Under the pieces are notes generated by a model that saw only the letters and a program-made list of their open reading frames with translations, was not told the origin of the DNA and did not search any database. Below are positions 47,760 through 57,928 of a stretch of DNA of 64,000 nt, one piece after another. The position numbers and the translations under genes were made by a program. This DNA comes from an uncultured Verrucomicrobiae bacterium (lineage in GTDB: Bacteria; Verrucomicrobiota; Verrucomicrobiia; Limisphaerales; UBA11358), in the NCBI GenBank assembly GCA_963769285.1, contig CAVYLE010000007.1, forward strand, positions 526,709 through 590,708, written 5' to 3'. The first letter of the stretch is position 1. The number at the start of each line of letters is the position of its first letter.

Positions 47760-48765
47760 GAGCATTTCCATAATTCATATAGCGTAGCGGGCGTGTAAAA
47801 AGAAGCCGAGGCAGTCGGCGGGGGAGATGGCGTTGAAAGCGAGTTTGGTCGCTTCCAGCAATTCAGTCTGGGTGCGCGGGGCCAGGCTGCGGAGGATTTG
47901 CTTGATCTTGCTCCACATGTTTTCGATGGGGTTGAAATCAGGCGAATAGGGCGGTAGATACAAAAGCCGGGCACCCACCGATTCGATGGCCTCGCGGACG
48001 CCCTGCACCTTGTGCGTCGCCAGATTGTCCATGATAACCAAGTCGTCCTTTTGCAGTGTGGGCACCAGACCTTCCCTGACCCATGCCAAAAACATCTCCC
48101 CATTCATGGCTCCCTCAAAGAGCCAAGGGGCGCGGGGACCGGTCAGGCGAACCCCCGAGATAAGGCTGCTGGTCTGATAGTGGCCCTGCGGAATGTGGGC
48201 GACCAACCGCTGGCCGCCAGGAGACCGTCCCCGCCAACGGGTCATCTTGGTGTTGGCTCCGCTTTCATCCACAAACACCAGCCGTCCCGGATCTATTTCC
48301 GCCAATTGCTCATGCCAATGCGCCCTTTTTTCGGCCACGTCGGGGCGGTTCTGTTCGGCGGCGTGCAGCGTTTTTTTTATACGTCAACCCCAGTCGGCGC
48401 AGCCATAAGTCCATCGTCGAAGTCCGAAAAGGGCGATCCATGCGCGTCCCCAACTCGGCCAGGGTGGCGTCGGGTTGCTCGGCCACCAGCTTTTGCAGGT
48501 GAACTTTGCGTTTGACGGTTAACAGCGTCTTGCGTCCGCACCGGTCAGTTTGGGGTTGGAGTGTGCCCCGCTCCTTGAACTGTTGCCGGACTCGGCGCAC
48601 CGCCGCCACACAGAAACCGAAGAACGCGGAAATGTCGCGGGTGCTTTTGCCCTGTTCGTAGAGGTGGATGATGCGTTGACGGGTCGGTAGAGGAATCGCT
48701 TGCATGCCCCAGACTTTATCCGGTTGCCACTCCTTTGTAAAGCTACATTATTTATGGAAATGCTC
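47760..48765 (-). mobile_element. IS630-family insertion sequence (1006 bp) with TA target duplication
   Basis: The terminal inverted repeats are gagcatttccataa at 47760 and ttatggaaatgctc ending at 48765. TA flanks both ends (47758-47759 and 48766-48767). Confidence 0.9.
47775..48705 (-). CDS. IS630-family DDE transposase, split into two frames at an A8 run
   Basis: ORF A (48310-48705) carries an HTH region. ORF B (47775-48338) carries VFVDESG, DNLATHK and PPYSPDFNPIENMW. The frames meet at the T8 (A8 in sense) run at 48371-48378. Confidence 0.88.
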
Positions 48766-48826
48766 TAATCGGCAAACGAATTAAATCGCAACAGGACTTC
48801 GGCGAGTTGTTTCCACCGGCGCGTTT

Positions 48827-49120
48827 TCAACCGAGTCGTTCGCGCCAGTAACGGGGACGCCGTTTCATGTGCATCACGGCCACAATCCAAATGCACTCCG
48901 GCTTTTCCAGAAAGATGACGGCGTAGGGAAAGTCGCGGCTGAAATGCCTGCGGGCGGGCGGATCGAATTTGCGGAAGCGTTCCGGGGCGGCGCAGGCTTC
49001 GCGAAATAATCGTTCCATCTCGCGATAGAAACGCACGCCGAGTTCGGGGGAAATTTCAGAATAATAACGAACCGCCCCGGCAAATTCCTCGTCAGCTTCG
49101 GGATGAAGCAAGAATTTCAC
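48827..49120 (-). CDS. RelE/ParE-family toxin
   Basis: 97 aa. FLLHPEADEEFAGAVRYY...RFYREMERL...FPYAVIFLEKPECIWIVAVMH is typical of ParE/RelE plasmid-stabilisation toxins. It overlaps the upstream antitoxin gene by 4 nt. Confidence 0.8.
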   Translation of the reverse strand: MKFLLHPEADEEFAGAVRYYSEISPELGVRFYREMERLFREACAAPERFRKFDPPARRHFSRDFPYAVIFLEKPECIWIVAVMHMKRRPRYWRERLG

Positions 49121-49350
49121 AGCCCGGCAATTTTGCGCGCGCGCGCCAGCGATTCTTCGAGGGGAACCCCTTTGACTTTGCCGGATTCAATTTCGGCAAT
49201 GCGCCGGTCGGTTTCAGTCTTCCAAGCCGCCGCCACGGACGGTTCGATACCGCCGTGTCGCACGACCATGATGCGGTCCACCAACTCCGCCACGACTTCC
49301 GCCGGCATCTCGCGGGTTTCTTCAACAATCTCATCAAGCGTGATTGGCAT
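49117..49350 (-). CDS. Addiction-module antitoxin (Unstab_antitox / TIGR02574-like)
   Basis: 77 aa. PSVAAAWKTETDRRIAEIESGKV matches the conserved AW..E..RR......G core of that family. Confidence 0.7.
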   Translation of the reverse strand: MPITLDEIVEETREMPAEVVAELVDRIMVVRHGGIEPSVAAAWKTETDRRIAEIESGKVKGVPLEESLARARKIAGL

Positions 49351-49359
49351 AGGGTCAAT

Positions 49360-49623
49360 TTAGTTGGTAATTTTGCGCGCCGCCCAAATGACGTCCTGCA
49401 ATTGTTGTCGTTCTGTCAGCACGGCCACCGCTGCGGCGCGGGTGACGGTCGGGAAATTTTCCAGAAACTCATCGAGTGAACAGTCGCTTTCCAGATGCTC
49501 AAACAGCGACACGACCGGAACGCGTGTACCGCGAAACACCGGTTCGCCGCCCAGAATCTCCGGGTCAGCCACGATGTAATCGCTCAACGCCGTGTGCTTG
49601 GTTTGTTGGCTCGCAGTTTTCAT
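49360..49623 (-). CDS. DUF433 domain protein (antitoxin-like HTH)
   Basis: ADPEILGGEPVFRGTRVPV...L..G.S..E.L..FP is the DUF433 signature. Confidence 0.75.
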   Translation of the reverse strand: MKTASQQTKHTALSDYIVADPEILGGEPVFRGTRVPVVSLFEHLESDCSLDEFLENFPTVTRAAAVAVLTERQQLQDVIWAARKITN

Positions 49624-49648
49624 TCAACAGTTAAAACCATGCGCCCGA

Positions 49649-50557
49649 ATGATTGGATTTGCAAGCCTCGCTTTTCTTGGCTTAATGACCTTGAACCTGA
49701 TGAGCAAACCTGCCAAATCGCTTTGCGCTTTAATTTTGTTCGCCGCTTTTATTGGCGATTGCGCAGAAACAAAGATCGAGCCGGTGCCGACGAATGATTC
49801 AACGAATGATTGGAAACTGGTCTGGCACGATGAATTCGACACGAATGGCCCGCCCGACCCGGCGAACTGGAATTACGAGCACGGTTTTGTGCGCAACCGG
49901 GAGTTGCAATGGTATCAGCCGGAAAATGCCTTCTGCACGAACGGCCTTTTGGTCATCGAAGCGCGACCGGAACACAAACGCAATCCGCAGTTCGTGCCGG
50001 GTAGCGATAACTGGAAGACCAGCCGCGAATGGATTGATTATACCTCGGCCAGCATCACGTCGCGCCGCCTGCGCGAGTTCAAATACGGCAAGTTTGAGAT
50101 GCGCGCGCGCATTGACACGCAGTTGGGAAGCTGGCCGGCGTTCTGGACGCTCGGCGCCACCCCCGGCAGCCGCTGGCCCGCGTGCGGCGAGGTGGACATC
50201 ATGGAATTTTACACCAGCACCGTTCTCGCCAACTTCGGCTACCAGCTCGACGGAAAAACCAAATGGCTCGCCGTCAAGAAGCCGGTTGGCGAACTCGGCG
50301 AGGCGTGGGCGAAGGAATTTCATGTCTGGACGATGGAATGGGACGAGAAGAAAATTGTTTTACTCCTCGATGGCAAGCGGTTGAACCAGCTCACCCTCGC
50401 CGACGCCGACAACGCCGACCGCGGCAACCCATTTCATCGCCCGGTTTATTTCATCCTGAACCAGGCCATCGGCGCAAACGGGGGTGATCCTTCCAAGACT
50501 GAATTCCCCATCCGCTTTGAAGTGGATTGGGTGCGGGTATATCAGCAGGCCAGATAA
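49649..50557 (+). CDS. GH16 beta-glucanase (laminarinase-like)
   Basis: WKLVWHDEFD, GKFEMRARI, WPAFWTLG and the catalytic GEVDIMEF (ExDxxE). The start is uncertain, with several Met residues in the signal region. Confidence 0.88.
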   Translation: MIGFASLAFLGLMTLNLMSKPAKSLCALILFAAFIGDCAETKIEPVPTNDSTNDWKLVWHDEFDTNGPPDPANWNYEHGFVRNRELQWYQPENAFCTNGLLVIEARPEHKRNPQFVPGSDNWKTSREWIDYTSASITSRRLREFKYGKFEMRARIDTQLGSWPAFWTLGATPGSRWPACGEVDIMEFYTSTVLANFGYQLDGKTKWLAVKKPVGELGEAWAKEFHVWTMEWDEKKIVLLLDGKRLNQLTLADADNADRGNPFHRPVYFILNQAIGANGGDPSKTEFPIRFEVDWVRVYQQAR

Positions 50558-50691
50558 TACGGCAAAACCGGCGGTCAAAAACTGTAACCTTTTGCCGCCC
50601 GGGAGGGTCTGACTTCCTGTAAGTTCCCCGGTGCGCCGTTGGAATGCATTTCGGGGTCACTGCAAGCAACCAATCAAATCATCACACGCAC

Positions 50692-51153
50692 ATGACACTG
50701 AACAAATTCTCACTCGCCCTGGCCAGCACCGTCTTGATGTTAGGCGTCCTGACCCAAGCCCGGGCCGAAGATAAAAAAGTGGAAAAGGTGGACCCGACGG
50801 GAACCTACACGTGGACCGTACCGGGACGCAACGGCGGGCCGGACCGGACCAACACGCTCGTGCTGAAGCTGGAAGGCGACAAGCTGACCGGCAAGGTGAG
50901 TTCGCCGGGACGGGACGGCCAGATCAACACCACGGAAATCACCGACAGCAAAATCTCCGGCGCTGACATTTCCTTCACCGTCACCCGCGAGTTCAACGGC
51001 AACAAATTCACCGCCAAATACTCCGGCAAAATCGCGGACGGCGTCATCAAGGGCAAAATGGAATTCGATCGGAATGGCGAGGCCCAATCCCGCGACTGGG
51101 AAGCCAAACCGCAGGGGAAATCACAGGAGAAGCCGCAGGAGAATAAGAAGTAA
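50692..51153 (+). CDS. Small secreted protein of unknown function
   Basis: Start moved to MTLNKFSLALASTVLMLGVLTQARA. The beta-rich body carries repeated G.I.DGK.I.G-like segments. Confidence 0.6.
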   Translation: MTLNKFSLALASTVLMLGVLTQARAEDKKVEKVDPTGTYTWTVPGRNGGPDRTNTLVLKLEGDKLTGKVSSPGRDGQINTTEITDSKISGADISFTVTREFNGNKFTAKYSGKIADGVIKGKMEFDRNGEAQSRDWEAKPQGKSQEKPQENKK

Positions 51154-51183
51154 GCCTCCAATTCCAGACCAATTGATTGTTCG

Positions 51184-51213
51184 CGCGCAGCTTCCCGGCT
51201 GCGCGTTTCTTTT
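51184..51213 (+). terminator. Rho-independent terminator
   Basis: An 8-bp GC-rich stem (cgcgcagc / gctgcgcg) with a 6-nt loop is followed by tttctttt, 30 nt after the stop at 51153. Confidence 0.7.
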
Positions 51214-51298
51214 GAGGTCAATCACCGCAGTTGCCATGCCTTTCCGGCTTCCGGTTTTGTTTAGTTGAAATTTTCCGCATCTGCACGACCCTCTGCGC

Positions 51299-52492
51299 GT
51301 GCTGACCACGCTGCGAAAAGCCGAATACACCGAACTGGCGGTGTTGTTCTTCATTCAGGCGGCGGCGATGGGCATCTGGTTCGTGCCGCTCGGCCCCGTG
51401 CTCGATGCGCATGGACTGCACGCCATCAAGCCGTTCGCGTTCGCCGCCTCCGCGGTGGCGGCATTTGTCTCGCCGCTCATTTTTGGCGCGATGGCCGACC
51501 GCCACACGTCGCCGGTGAAAGTGCTGCGCGGCCTGGCGCTGGCCGCCTCGGCCTCCATGACGCTGGTCAGCACCGCCATCAAAATGAACGGCCATCCGTG
51601 GCTGGTGCTCGCGTTGATCCAGCTTTACTCGCTCTGTTCCGCGCCGATGTGGAGCATTTCCTCAACCATTGTTCTCGCGCGATTGGCAGACGCACAAAAG
51701 GAATTCGGCCCCCTCCGCGCCATGGCCACGATTGGCTGGATGGCCGGAGGCCTGCTCGTCAGCCTGTTGAATGCGGACACGTCAGCGCTGGCCGGATACA
51801 CCGGTGCGGCGACGTGGCTGATGGTCGCCGGGGTCACGTTTTTCCTGCCGGTTCTGGAAGTGCCAAAATCCATCGAACAGCTTTCGTGGCACGAGCGCCT
51901 GGGCCTGGACGCGCTCACGTTGTTGAAAAACCCCGACCATCGCGTGGTCTTCATCACTACAGCGCTTTTCTGCATCCCGCTGGCGGCGTTTTATCCGTAT
52001 GCGCCGACACACCTGCACGACCTCGGCCTGCAACACACCAGCGCCTGGATGAGCCTCGGGCAAGTGAGCGAAATCATCGCCATGTTCAGCCTCGGCAGAT
52101 TGCTGCTGCAGTGGCGGTTGAAATGGATTTTCGCGTGCGGCATGGGCTTCGGCGTGTTGCGATTTGTCTTGAGCGCGTTCAATGACCGGGCGGGGCTGCT
52201 GGCAGGTGTGGCGCTGCACGGCTGCTCCTTCGCCCTCGTGTTCATCACCGCACAAATCTACCTCAACCAGCGCGTGGATACCGCGTGGCGCGCGCGGGCA
52301 CAGGCGTTGATGTCGCTCATGAACAGCGGCGTGGGCAACCTCATCGGCTACCTCGGCACCGGCTGGTGGTTCGTCGCCTGCACGCACCCGACCGGCACGC
52401 AATGGCCGCTTTTCTGGGGCGTCCTGGCCGCAGTCGTGGCGGTGGTGCTGGTTTATTTTCTGACGGCGTATCAGGGGCAGAAGCGGGTGTAG
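51299..52492 (+). CDS. MFS transporter
   Basis: 397 aa with a GTG start and about 12 hydrophobic helices. The substrate is not assignable from sequence. Confidence 0.75.
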   Translation: MLTTLRKAEYTELAVLFFIQAAAMGIWFVPLGPVLDAHGLHAIKPFAFAASAVAAFVSPLIFGAMADRHTSPVKVLRGLALAASASMTLVSTAIKMNGHPWLVLALIQLYSLCSAPMWSISSTIVLARLADAQKEFGPLRAMATIGWMAGGLLVSLLNADTSALAGYTGAATWLMVAGVTFFLPVLEVPKSIEQLSWHERLGLDALTLLKNPDHRVVFITTALFCIPLAAFYPYAPTHLHDLGLQHTSAWMSLGQVSEIIAMFSLGRLLLQWRLKWIFACGMGFGVLRFVLSAFNDRAGLLAGVALHGCSFALVFITAQIYLNQRVDTAWRARAQALMSLMNSGVGNLIGYLGTGWWFVACTHPTGTQWPLFWGVLAAVVAVVLVYFLTAYQGQKRV

Positions 52493-52742
52493 AAGCAACG
52501 CCCCGTCGTTTGAACGTGGCGGCGACGCCCTCGTCGCCAAACTTCAGTCGCGTACCTTGCCGCATGACGTTTGAGCGCGTCCGAAAATCGCGTTTGGTGT
52601 CCACCCTCTCGCCTCGGCGAAGCCTCCGGCGCAGCCCGGGTCAGGGTGCCAGCCGTTGGAACATGCTAAAGCGTGGACACCCAACGGTGATGGACGTAGC
52701 CAGTTTTGGCTATTCAACCCTTCCACAATTAGAGAATTGCCG

Positions 52743-55322
52743 TCATCGCTGCTCCGGCAGCAGCGTGACCGACGCGATGTCGGCCCAGACATCCGTTGTC
52801 GATTTTGAGGCGTTGGCGGAGGGCCGAAAGGAAATCTGTAGGTGCTCAACCTGCGCGAGTCGCGGATGATCGTCCGGACCGCCGCGCCCCTTTGCCGGCG
52901 TCAGCCAATAGTTCCAACGTCCGGGAAAACCGAGCGGCAACTGCACTCCGAGCCCGATCTTGAATTGCTTCATGGGAAAGACCAACTCTTGCCAGGCGGG
53001 CGACAGGGTCAGCCTGGTGTTCCATGAGGTTCCGTCGGACTCAACCAGAGTGAGATGGATCTGCTGGCCGTCGCCTTCACCCCGCGCTTTCACGCGCAAC
53101 GCTGTCGCCGTTCCAACCCGTGGCCCGCAATCGGCAATTTTGTTTTTGACCGGCAGCGAGGCCGTGTAGTCGTCCAGCGCGCGGTCGTAGCTCAACGGGA
53201 AAAACAGGCGCAACGCCGCCGGGTCATTGGTGGTGGCGGACCGGCGCTGGAAAATGCCGCGACGGACATTGTCGCCGATGCGGGTATAGGCCAGGCGCTC
53301 CATGTCCTGCGCCGCGTCGAACAATGACAGCGGCGCGGTGGGCGCGGTTAGGAACGCCGTCCAGAACTTGTCACCCTCCGCAGGAAACCGCGCGACCCCG
53401 CCGTTGGTTTTGACGGAAAAATAATATTCGATGGTGCCGGCGGTGAATGCCGCAGCCGGAATGATGGTTTCATAACGGTAGCCGCGTTTGGGCAACAATG
53501 AAAACTCCCGGAAATCCGCGTTGCCGGCGGCACGCGCATAAAGCGTGACGGATTGCGGCGGCTGGATGTCAATCACGTCCGCCGCGATGGTGATGGATTG
53601 GCCGGCAGGATATTCCTCATGGGCAACCGGCTGAAGTTGCACCGGCAGATCGGGCGGTTGCGGGCAGACGAATTCCGCGAGTCCAATCCCGCCGACGCGG
53701 TCAGGAAGTTTGCTCCGATCCGGCGGACGGCTTTTCGAGAGCAGATAGACGCCGGACTTGATTTCGAATCGGCCGTCACGGGCAACGGCGGCGTTCGTGT
53801 TGCCGGTATTCAGGGGCGTGACGGCAAAACCGCCGCCCAGATCGGGCAGCCGCACGGTCATCGCCCATTCACGCGACACCAGCCGCGAGCACACGGTTTG
53901 AAAATTCAACGACTGCGCGAATGGATCCTGCACGATGATGGCATCGGAATAAACCTCGAGCCGCCAGAGGCCGTTTGTGAGCTTGTCGAGGAAATAACTG
54001 CCCTGCCCTTCGTATTCGACCACCGGTGAACTGCCAAATCCGACGATACGCCGGAGCGCCGCCGGATTAGGCAATTTGGTTTGCGTGTCGTTTGAGTACA
54101 GAAACTTCTCGCCCGTGACCATTTCACTCGAATCTTCCTCGTAACTGACGCGAAACGGTCCGAACCGGCAATTGTCGGGATAATCCCCGTAATGCGAATA
54201 GCGCGGCAGGTTGCGGGTGGCTTCGGCGGCGATTATCGCACTTACGGCCTTCTTCGGCGAATAGACCAGGTTCAAGAAATGTGTCTGCCAGCCGAGGTTG
54301 TAGGCGGCGGTATCAAGCATGTCGTAGGAGAACATGGCAATGAACTGTGCGCCGGCACCCCGGAACGCACGTATCATTGCTGGATACATGCAACCAGAAT
54401 ACATATCGGCTGTGTCAAATTCGTAGACCAGCTTCGGTACGTTCAGCAAGTCGGGCCGCAACATAGGCGTGAAGTCGTCCACGGAACGCAGATAGTTTAG
54501 CTTGAGCATATGTTCCGAGTTCAATCCTGTCGGATACCACGCAAAGCTCACCCCTTGAGATTTCGAAGCCTTAATGGCGGGGGTAATGCCGAAATCCTGG
54601 CTGACGTTGTAAAAAACGAGCTTTTGACAGCTGGTATCGCGAATGGCACCCACGAGAGCATCAATATAAGCAATTGAACCAGCCAAATCGTCAGACTGAT
54701 GCACTGGTTCGTTGATCGGTTCGATGAACAAGATGTTTGGTTCATCTTTAAGCGCGACGCGGGTGTATGGATTGACGTGGTTGAGAATTTGCCGGAGATA
54801 ATTGCATTCGGCGGCAATGGCATTTGTGTTTACACCAAGTTGACCGCGCGGGTAAATCGCTGAAAAGCCCGGATTGAAATCACTCGCCCGCCCGTCAGGC
54901 CACCAGGAAGCGTAGGTTGTGATCGGGGTAAGCAGGACGTAAATGCCGCGCTGCTTCGCCTGGTAAATCGCATAGTCAAGCACGTCGAGATGGTCATTCA
55001 TGATCAGGTTTCCATTCGTATCGCAATTCTCCCAATCCCCCCAAAAGCACAGCCTCATGCCATCCCAGCCCATGCGGGCAAAATGCTCCATGTCATTTTC
55101 GACAAGTTTTTTTCGATCCGAATGGACATAGCCTGCAGCGCGATAATCGCAACCCGACGCCAGCGAATAATTCGCGCCGAACAGTGCGACTTCGGTGTGA
55201 TTTGAACTCCAGCGAACGACCCCCTGGCTATCAAGGTAAACAAGCTCCTTCGCGAAAAGTCCAGTTGCAGAGAAGAGCAACCCCGATATGAATAAAACCT
55301 TAACCAGCCAACGATTTTTCAT
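52743..55322 (-). CDS. Clan GH-A (GH5-like) glycoside hydrolase with large C-terminal beta-rich region
   Basis: Signal peptide, then a TIM-barrel-like N-terminal half with NILFIEPINEPV (NEP acid/base motif) and LVYEFDT (candidate nucleophile). Confidence 0.6.
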   Translation of the reverse strand: MKNRWLVKVLFISGLLFSATGLFAKELVYLDSQGVVRWSSNHTEVALFGANYSLASGCDYRAAGYVHSDRKKLVENDMEHFARMGWDGMRLCFWGDWENCDTNGNLIMNDHLDVLDYAIYQAKQRGIYVLLTPITTYASWWPDGRASDFNPGFSAIYPRGQLGVNTNAIAAECNYLRQILNHVNPYTRVALKDEPNILFIEPINEPVHQSDDLAGSIAYIDALVGAIRDTSCQKLVFYNVSQDFGITPAIKASKSQGVSFAWYPTGLNSEHMLKLNYLRSVDDFTPMLRPDLLNVPKLVYEFDTADMYSGCMYPAMIRAFRGAGAQFIAMFSYDMLDTAAYNLGWQTHFLNLVYSPKKAVSAIIAAEATRNLPRYSHYGDYPDNCRFGPFRVSYEEDSSEMVTGEKFLYSNDTQTKLPNPAALRRIVGFGSSPVVEYEGQGSYFLDKLTNGLWRLEVYSDAIIVQDPFAQSLNFQTVCSRLVSREWAMTVRLPDLGGGFAVTPLNTGNTNAAVARDGRFEIKSGVYLLSKSRPPDRSKLPDRVGGIGLAEFVCPQPPDLPVQLQPVAHEEYPAGQSITIAADVIDIQPPQSVTLYARAAGNADFREFSLLPKRGYRYETIIPAAAFTAGTIEYYFSVKTNGGVARFPAEGDKFWTAFLTAPTAPLSLFDAAQDMERLAYTRIGDNVRRGIFQRRSATTNDPAALRLFFPLSYDRALDDYTASLPVKNKIADCGPRVGTATALRVKARGEGDGQQIHLTLVESDGTSWNTRLTLSPAWQELVFPMKQFKIGLGVQLPLGFPGRWNYWLTPAKGRGGPDDHPRLAQVEHLQISFRPSANASKSTTDVWADIASVTLLPEQR

Positions 55323-55332
55323 GGACGTGTAT

Positions 55333-57789
55333 TCAAGGCACGGTCAATTGCGCTTGATAGCGGGGAATAATCTCGACGCTTTTCAGATCAACGGCGCTCT
55401 TGGTGCGGCCGAAAACAGGCCATGCCTGTTGAGCCAGATAAATCGGCGCACCCTTTTGCAGCGGCAGGATTTCAACGCGCAGATCACCGTTCAATATCCC
55501 AGGCGCATATCGGCGCAGGCCAATATCGAAAGCGTTGCCGTTGTAAAAATCGTCCGTCAACAGTTTTCCGTTCAACGTCACACGCGCAACATCGCCGACG
55601 TAGTGCAGGCGCAAAATGGGATCAGAATTGAGATCCAGGTTCGCAGGCAGCTTGATCCGCCAGATAGCTGCCTTGTCAAAATCGGAGTCTTCGGGTGCGG
55701 CCGCAACGGCATCCTTGATTTTACCCAGCGGGATAACGCGCAGCGGGCCTGCCGGCTGCACGGTTTCGAGCAAAAGGGTGGGTTGAATTCGGCGTGGTTC
55801 CGGTGGGGTATACTGCTCAAAAATGCCGTCCGTTTTGGCGCGAATCTGTTTGCCTGCGCGGTTGATCGAGGCTGGCGCAGGGTAGATGTCGATTTTAAGG
55901 TCCACGGGGTCGGTCGAAGTCAGCTTAATAGCATTCCCATCCAGCACCAGCCCGGCGTGGGTCAAAAACATCCGGTCGCGTCCCATGATGTTTCCTTTCC
56001 AGAACGCCAAGGAGTCACTGTCGGACAAAAGCACGATTCGGACTGAGCCCCCATCCGCCCCTGTAATCTGAATTGCAGGACCGGTTTTGGGCTTCACATG
56101 GTCAATAATCATCAGGCCATCGCGACGACTCACTTCACCCGAGAATTTCTTCAAACCGGAATCATTATTGAACGCGAATTCGGGCGAGATACCTTTGGTT
56201 TCCACAAAAAAGATTGTGCGAACATTGCCATCGTCAATGGCACTGACCGGTTGCGCCGAGGCCCAAACCAAGCGGACGCCTTTGCCGAGGTCCAGATTGA
56301 ACGGCCAGAAAAAGCATGTGTCGGACGGGACAGTGACCGGATTTTGCGGAAACGTGAACGGACCGGAGGGAAGCTGGATCGAGAATTGCACATTCTTTTT
56401 GGGCGGCAGTTCCTGAAGGCGCTGATAATTGTTCACGAAAACGAAACCGCTTGTGCCATCGGAGCGAACACACCAACGAAGAGTGTCGAAATCATTTTTC
56501 CCATGCGGTCGTTGGTCTGGGAGGGTGGTCGGCATGTCCGCAAGCTGCCCCCCCCACTCATGAAGAAAAAGATGCAACCGACGCAGCAAATGATATTGTG
56601 GCCGCATTTGCCCGTACTCACCGAGCGCGGTCTGGAAGTCGTAATTTTTCACGGGCATGTCGTTCCAGAAACCGGTGGCTTGCGATTCCTCAAGCGTGGA
56701 GAGTTTGCCGTCGGGATTCTCGCCGCCGTGATACATGTAATAACCGACCGAAGTGCCGCCAGAACCGAGTTTCACGAGTGTTGTTGACTCCGCGTCCTGG
56801 GGGTAAAAACAGATTCTGCGATGGTAGCTGCTCATTATACCGGCGCCGATTTCGCAGGTCAGAAAAGGATACTTTTCCGCGTCGGTGGGGTCTTTGGCCT
56901 CGTGGGTGCCGAGAATGTCTGAGCCGATGGCGTTGTCCGTGCGCAGATGCGAGAAGTGAAATCCTGTCCAATAACCATCGGGCATCGGCGTCAGCTCCCG
57001 ATCCCAAAAACCTTCCGCATAAACGCCGTAGAGGGGCACGATTTCACCAAACGGCAATGGGGTACTCAACAACGGCCAGCCGGTTTTAGTGTAGAGCGGC
57101 ACGTCAAGCCCTGCTTCGCGCGCGAGGTTTTTTAGCGTGAGAAGATGTTCGGCTGGACCTTTGTATTCATTTTCAAGTTGGATGCCGATGACCGGTCCGC
57201 CGTCCTTCCAGAGCAGGTCTGAAAGCTGTTTGGCAATTTCACCGTAAAGAATTTTTGCTTTTGCGAGATAATTAGTGTCGTTGGAACGAGTCTTCCAGCC
57301 TTTTTTCCCAAGCCAATCCGGAAAGCCACCATTGCGCACTTCGCCATGATCCCAAGGACCGCAACGCACCAGAACTTTCAAGCCGAGTTCGCCGCAAAGC
57401 TGGATAAAATGGCGAAGATCCCGGCGGCCCGACCAATCGAATTGTCCCTCGATTTCTTCGTGATGAATCCAGAAGACATACGTGGCGACCGTGTCAATGC
57501 CGCCAGCCTTCATTCTGAGCAGTTCCTCACGCCACTCACCTTCGGGGTAGCGTGCGTAATGGAACTCGCCCATTACCGGCATCCACGGTTTGCCGTTCAG
57601 CCGCAGGCTGTTGCTATCGAGCGTAAGCGTGGCCCCATCCGGTCGGTGCGAATCGCCCATGTTAAAGCCCGTAGTCTGTGGAGGCGGGGGCGTTGTGATG
57701 GTGATGGCCAGTGGATTGGCATACGCGCCAGCGAGGCTGAAAGCGGCAGTCAATGCTGCCAAAACCAGTTTTGTGGAAGTCAGTTGCAT
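55333..57789 (-). CDS. GH35 beta-galactosidase
   Basis: GEFHYARYPEGEWREELLRMKAGGIDTVATYVFWIHHE, GPWDHGEVRNGGFPDWL and IGIQLENEY. Start moved to MQLTSTKLVLAALTAAFSLAGAYA. Confidence 0.88.
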   Translation of the reverse strand: MQLTSTKLVLAALTAAFSLAGAYANPLAITITTPPPPQTTGFNMGDSHRPDGATLTLDSNSLRLNGKPWMPVMGEFHYARYPEGEWREELLRMKAGGIDTVATYVFWIHHEEIEGQFDWSGRRDLRHFIQLCGELGLKVLVRCGPWDHGEVRNGGFPDWLGKKGWKTRSNDTNYLAKAKILYGEIAKQLSDLLWKDGGPVIGIQLENEYKGPAEHLLTLKNLAREAGLDVPLYTKTGWPLLSTPLPFGEIVPLYGVYAEGFWDRELTPMPDGYWTGFHFSHLRTDNAIGSDILGTHEAKDPTDAEKYPFLTCEIGAGIMSSYHRRICFYPQDAESTTLVKLGSGGTSVGYYMYHGGENPDGKLSTLEESQATGFWNDMPVKNYDFQTALGEYGQMRPQYHLLRRLHLFLHEWGGQLADMPTTLPDQRPHGKNDFDTLRWCVRSDGTSGFVFVNNYQRLQELPPKKNVQFSIQLPSGPFTFPQNPVTVPSDTCFFWPFNLDLGKGVRLVWASAQPVSAIDDGNVRTIFFVETKGISPEFAFNNDSGLKKFSGEVSRRDGLMIIDHVKPKTGPAIQITGADGGSVRIVLLSDSDSLAFWKGNIMGRDRMFLTHAGLVLDGNAIKLTSTDPVDLKIDIYPAPASINRAGKQIRAKTDGIFEQYTPPEPRRIQPTLLLETVQPAGPLRVIPLGKIKDAVAAAPEDSDFDKAAIWRIKLPANLDLNSDPILRLHYVGDVARVTLNGKLLTDDFYNGNAFDIGLRRYAPGILNGDLRVEILPLQKGAPIYLAQQAWPVFGRTKSAVDLKSVEIIPRYQAQLTVP

Positions 57790-57850
57790 AAAAAAATCCA
57801 TCAAGATCATCCTTAACCGTGAAAGGCCGGCACGGCTAGGCCACCAATTA

Positions 57851-57883
57851 GAAATGGCTCATTTCTCAGCAATGAGCCATTTC
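57851..57883. other. Perfect 13-bp stem / 7-nt loop hairpin between the PEP-CTERM gene and the GH35 gene
   Basis: gaaatggctcatt-tctcagc-aatgagccatttc, with no adjacent T-run on either strand. Confidence 0.5.
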
Positions 57884-57928
57884 CAGAAACAAAAGACGCT
57901 GGCGTCAGTAAAATGGGGCTTTTGAAAA

